A stretch of DNA of 63,173 bases, filler included, from Octopus bimaculoides (lineage: Eukaryota): NCBI RefSeq assembly GCF_001194135.2. It is 6 parts of 6 records of this genome, joined end to end, with 100 filler letters (N's around TTAATTAATTAA, not from the genome) between each part and the next. Parts side by side here need not be neighbours in the genome. Positions count along the whole stretch, not along the records: positions 61,160 to 63,173 come from NW_026343375.1; 5 more parts are not named here. One strand, given 5' to 3'. Below are positions 61,835-63,173 of this stretch, one piece after another; position 1 is the stretch's first letter; each line of letters starts with the position of its first letter. Position numbers and translations under genes: made by a program. The notes below the pieces were generated by a model that saw only the letters and a program-made list of their open reading frames with translations, searched no databases and was not told the DNA's origin.

Positions 61835-63030
61835 GTTTTATCATTTGGAATGAAGCCTATGATAAACTCTTGAATTTCAAATCCACACTGAACAATATAA
61901 ACCCCAACATCTAATTTACAATGGAATATAGCAAGGAACAGCTCCCATTTCTGGACATTTTGATTTTAAAAAAGTCCAACAACCAAATTGCAACCAACAT
62001 TTACTACAAACAGACTCAAAACTACAACAAACTCAGTATCTCCTTTTCAGTTCATGCCATCCTAAACACACCAAAATAAATATCCCATTCAATCTAGCAA
62101 AAAGGATCTGTGCAATTGTATCTGACACAACCACTCGGGAATTTCGCCTACAAGAACTCAAAATAATACTCATTGAACATCAATACCCACCTACACTTAT
62201 AGAACATGGAATTAAATGTGCCATGAAATTGGACACAAATACACTAAGGACAACAAAACAAAATACCACACCTCACCTTAAATCACTACCATACATATCA
62301 ACCCACAATCCCCAAAACAATGAAGCATACAACACAATTATACAAAATCTTCTTCTGTTCACTCAAGACCTGGAAATGAACAGCATCCTAAATACACACA
62401 AACTACTAAAATGCAAACGACAAAACAAATCACTCAAGAGACTCCTAACAAGTGCAAAACTATACTCAATACAAACGATACCAACAGTTAAAAACTGCAG
62501 ATGACCTAACTGTGGTACATGTCCACACCTAACTGAAGACTTGGAATTCACATTCCAGCAAGGACAAGAAATTCTCAATTAAGACCAACTTCACATGTGC
62601 TTCCCAGAACCTTATCTCTGTCCTAACCTGCTCAGGTTGTGGCCACAATTATGTGGGCCAAACGAGCCCTACTTTGAGACGCAGAGTCACGCTACATAAA
62701 GAACAGATTTGTTCCCCTCAATACAGGCAAATAGCGCTGAGCAGACACATCGACAGATGCGCAAGTAAAAAAACGCCAAATTTCATATCTTCCCATTATA
62801 CCAATGCAAAGATTCAATCTCGGTACAAGAACGCCTAAAAAAGGAAAACCTGTTCATAAAAAAGTACAGGCTACACCCCAGTATACAATTTTGACCATTT
62901 AAAAAAATTCTACTAAGGAGCCAGTTGTCCCCCTTGCCACTTGTTGCTTCCCTTGGTTCACTCTCTAGACTCATTCTTCTTATTCTGCAAACATCCAAAA
63001 TGATGAAACGCCTCTGTCGTTAGAACTGAT
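61835..63030 (+). mobile_element. Penelope-like element: RT thumb, GIY-YIG endonuclease and terminal repeat
   Basis: FTMEYSKEQLPFLDILI...IYYKQT...RICAIVSD...LPYISTHNP...NCGTCP...CASQNL..LTCSGCGHNYVGQTSPTLRRRVTLH; hammerhead-like relic at 63000-63026. Confidence 0.9.
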
Positions 63031-63173
63031 CACTGTACAATGTCCCTTAAAAAGCTAATTTAGATAGTGGAAACCGGTTGGATTTCACGACATCCATAGA
63101 ATTTGCATACATTTATAAAAAGTTATTAAACTATATGAAACGAAAGCATTTCTCTTCCACTTTTTATATTTTT

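Overview
This is AT-rich, gap-ridden animal genomic DNA, almost certainly octopus (inferred from the cephalopod-type tRNA-SINE families and the dense TA/CA/AGAT/CAT microsatellites). No bacterial-style operon, CRISPR array, rRNA or true tRNA is present, and no host protein-coding gene can be named with confidence. Nearly every ORF in the supplied track is a microsatellite, N-gap or transposon artefact. The window is six pieces joined by 100-bp scaffolding spacers (44N-TTAATTAATTAA-44N). It contains many SINEs and decayed LINEs (RLE/R4-like, RTE, CR1), several Penelope-like relics, and mariner/Tc1 relics and MITEs. The most notable structures are: three foldback elements, including a 230-bp near-perfect palindrome; minimal hammerhead-ribozyme-like motifs in Penelope-type tails; a compact E-box/E2F/CCAAT promoter-like island at about 28.2 kb between two CpG-poor domains; a 176-bp SINE-in-SINE junction duplicated 8.25 kb apart; and some unverified candidate exons, one with an AKAP-like amphipathic helix. 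I found no convincing evidence of a novel multi-gene system. All alignments, translations and folds were done by eye.
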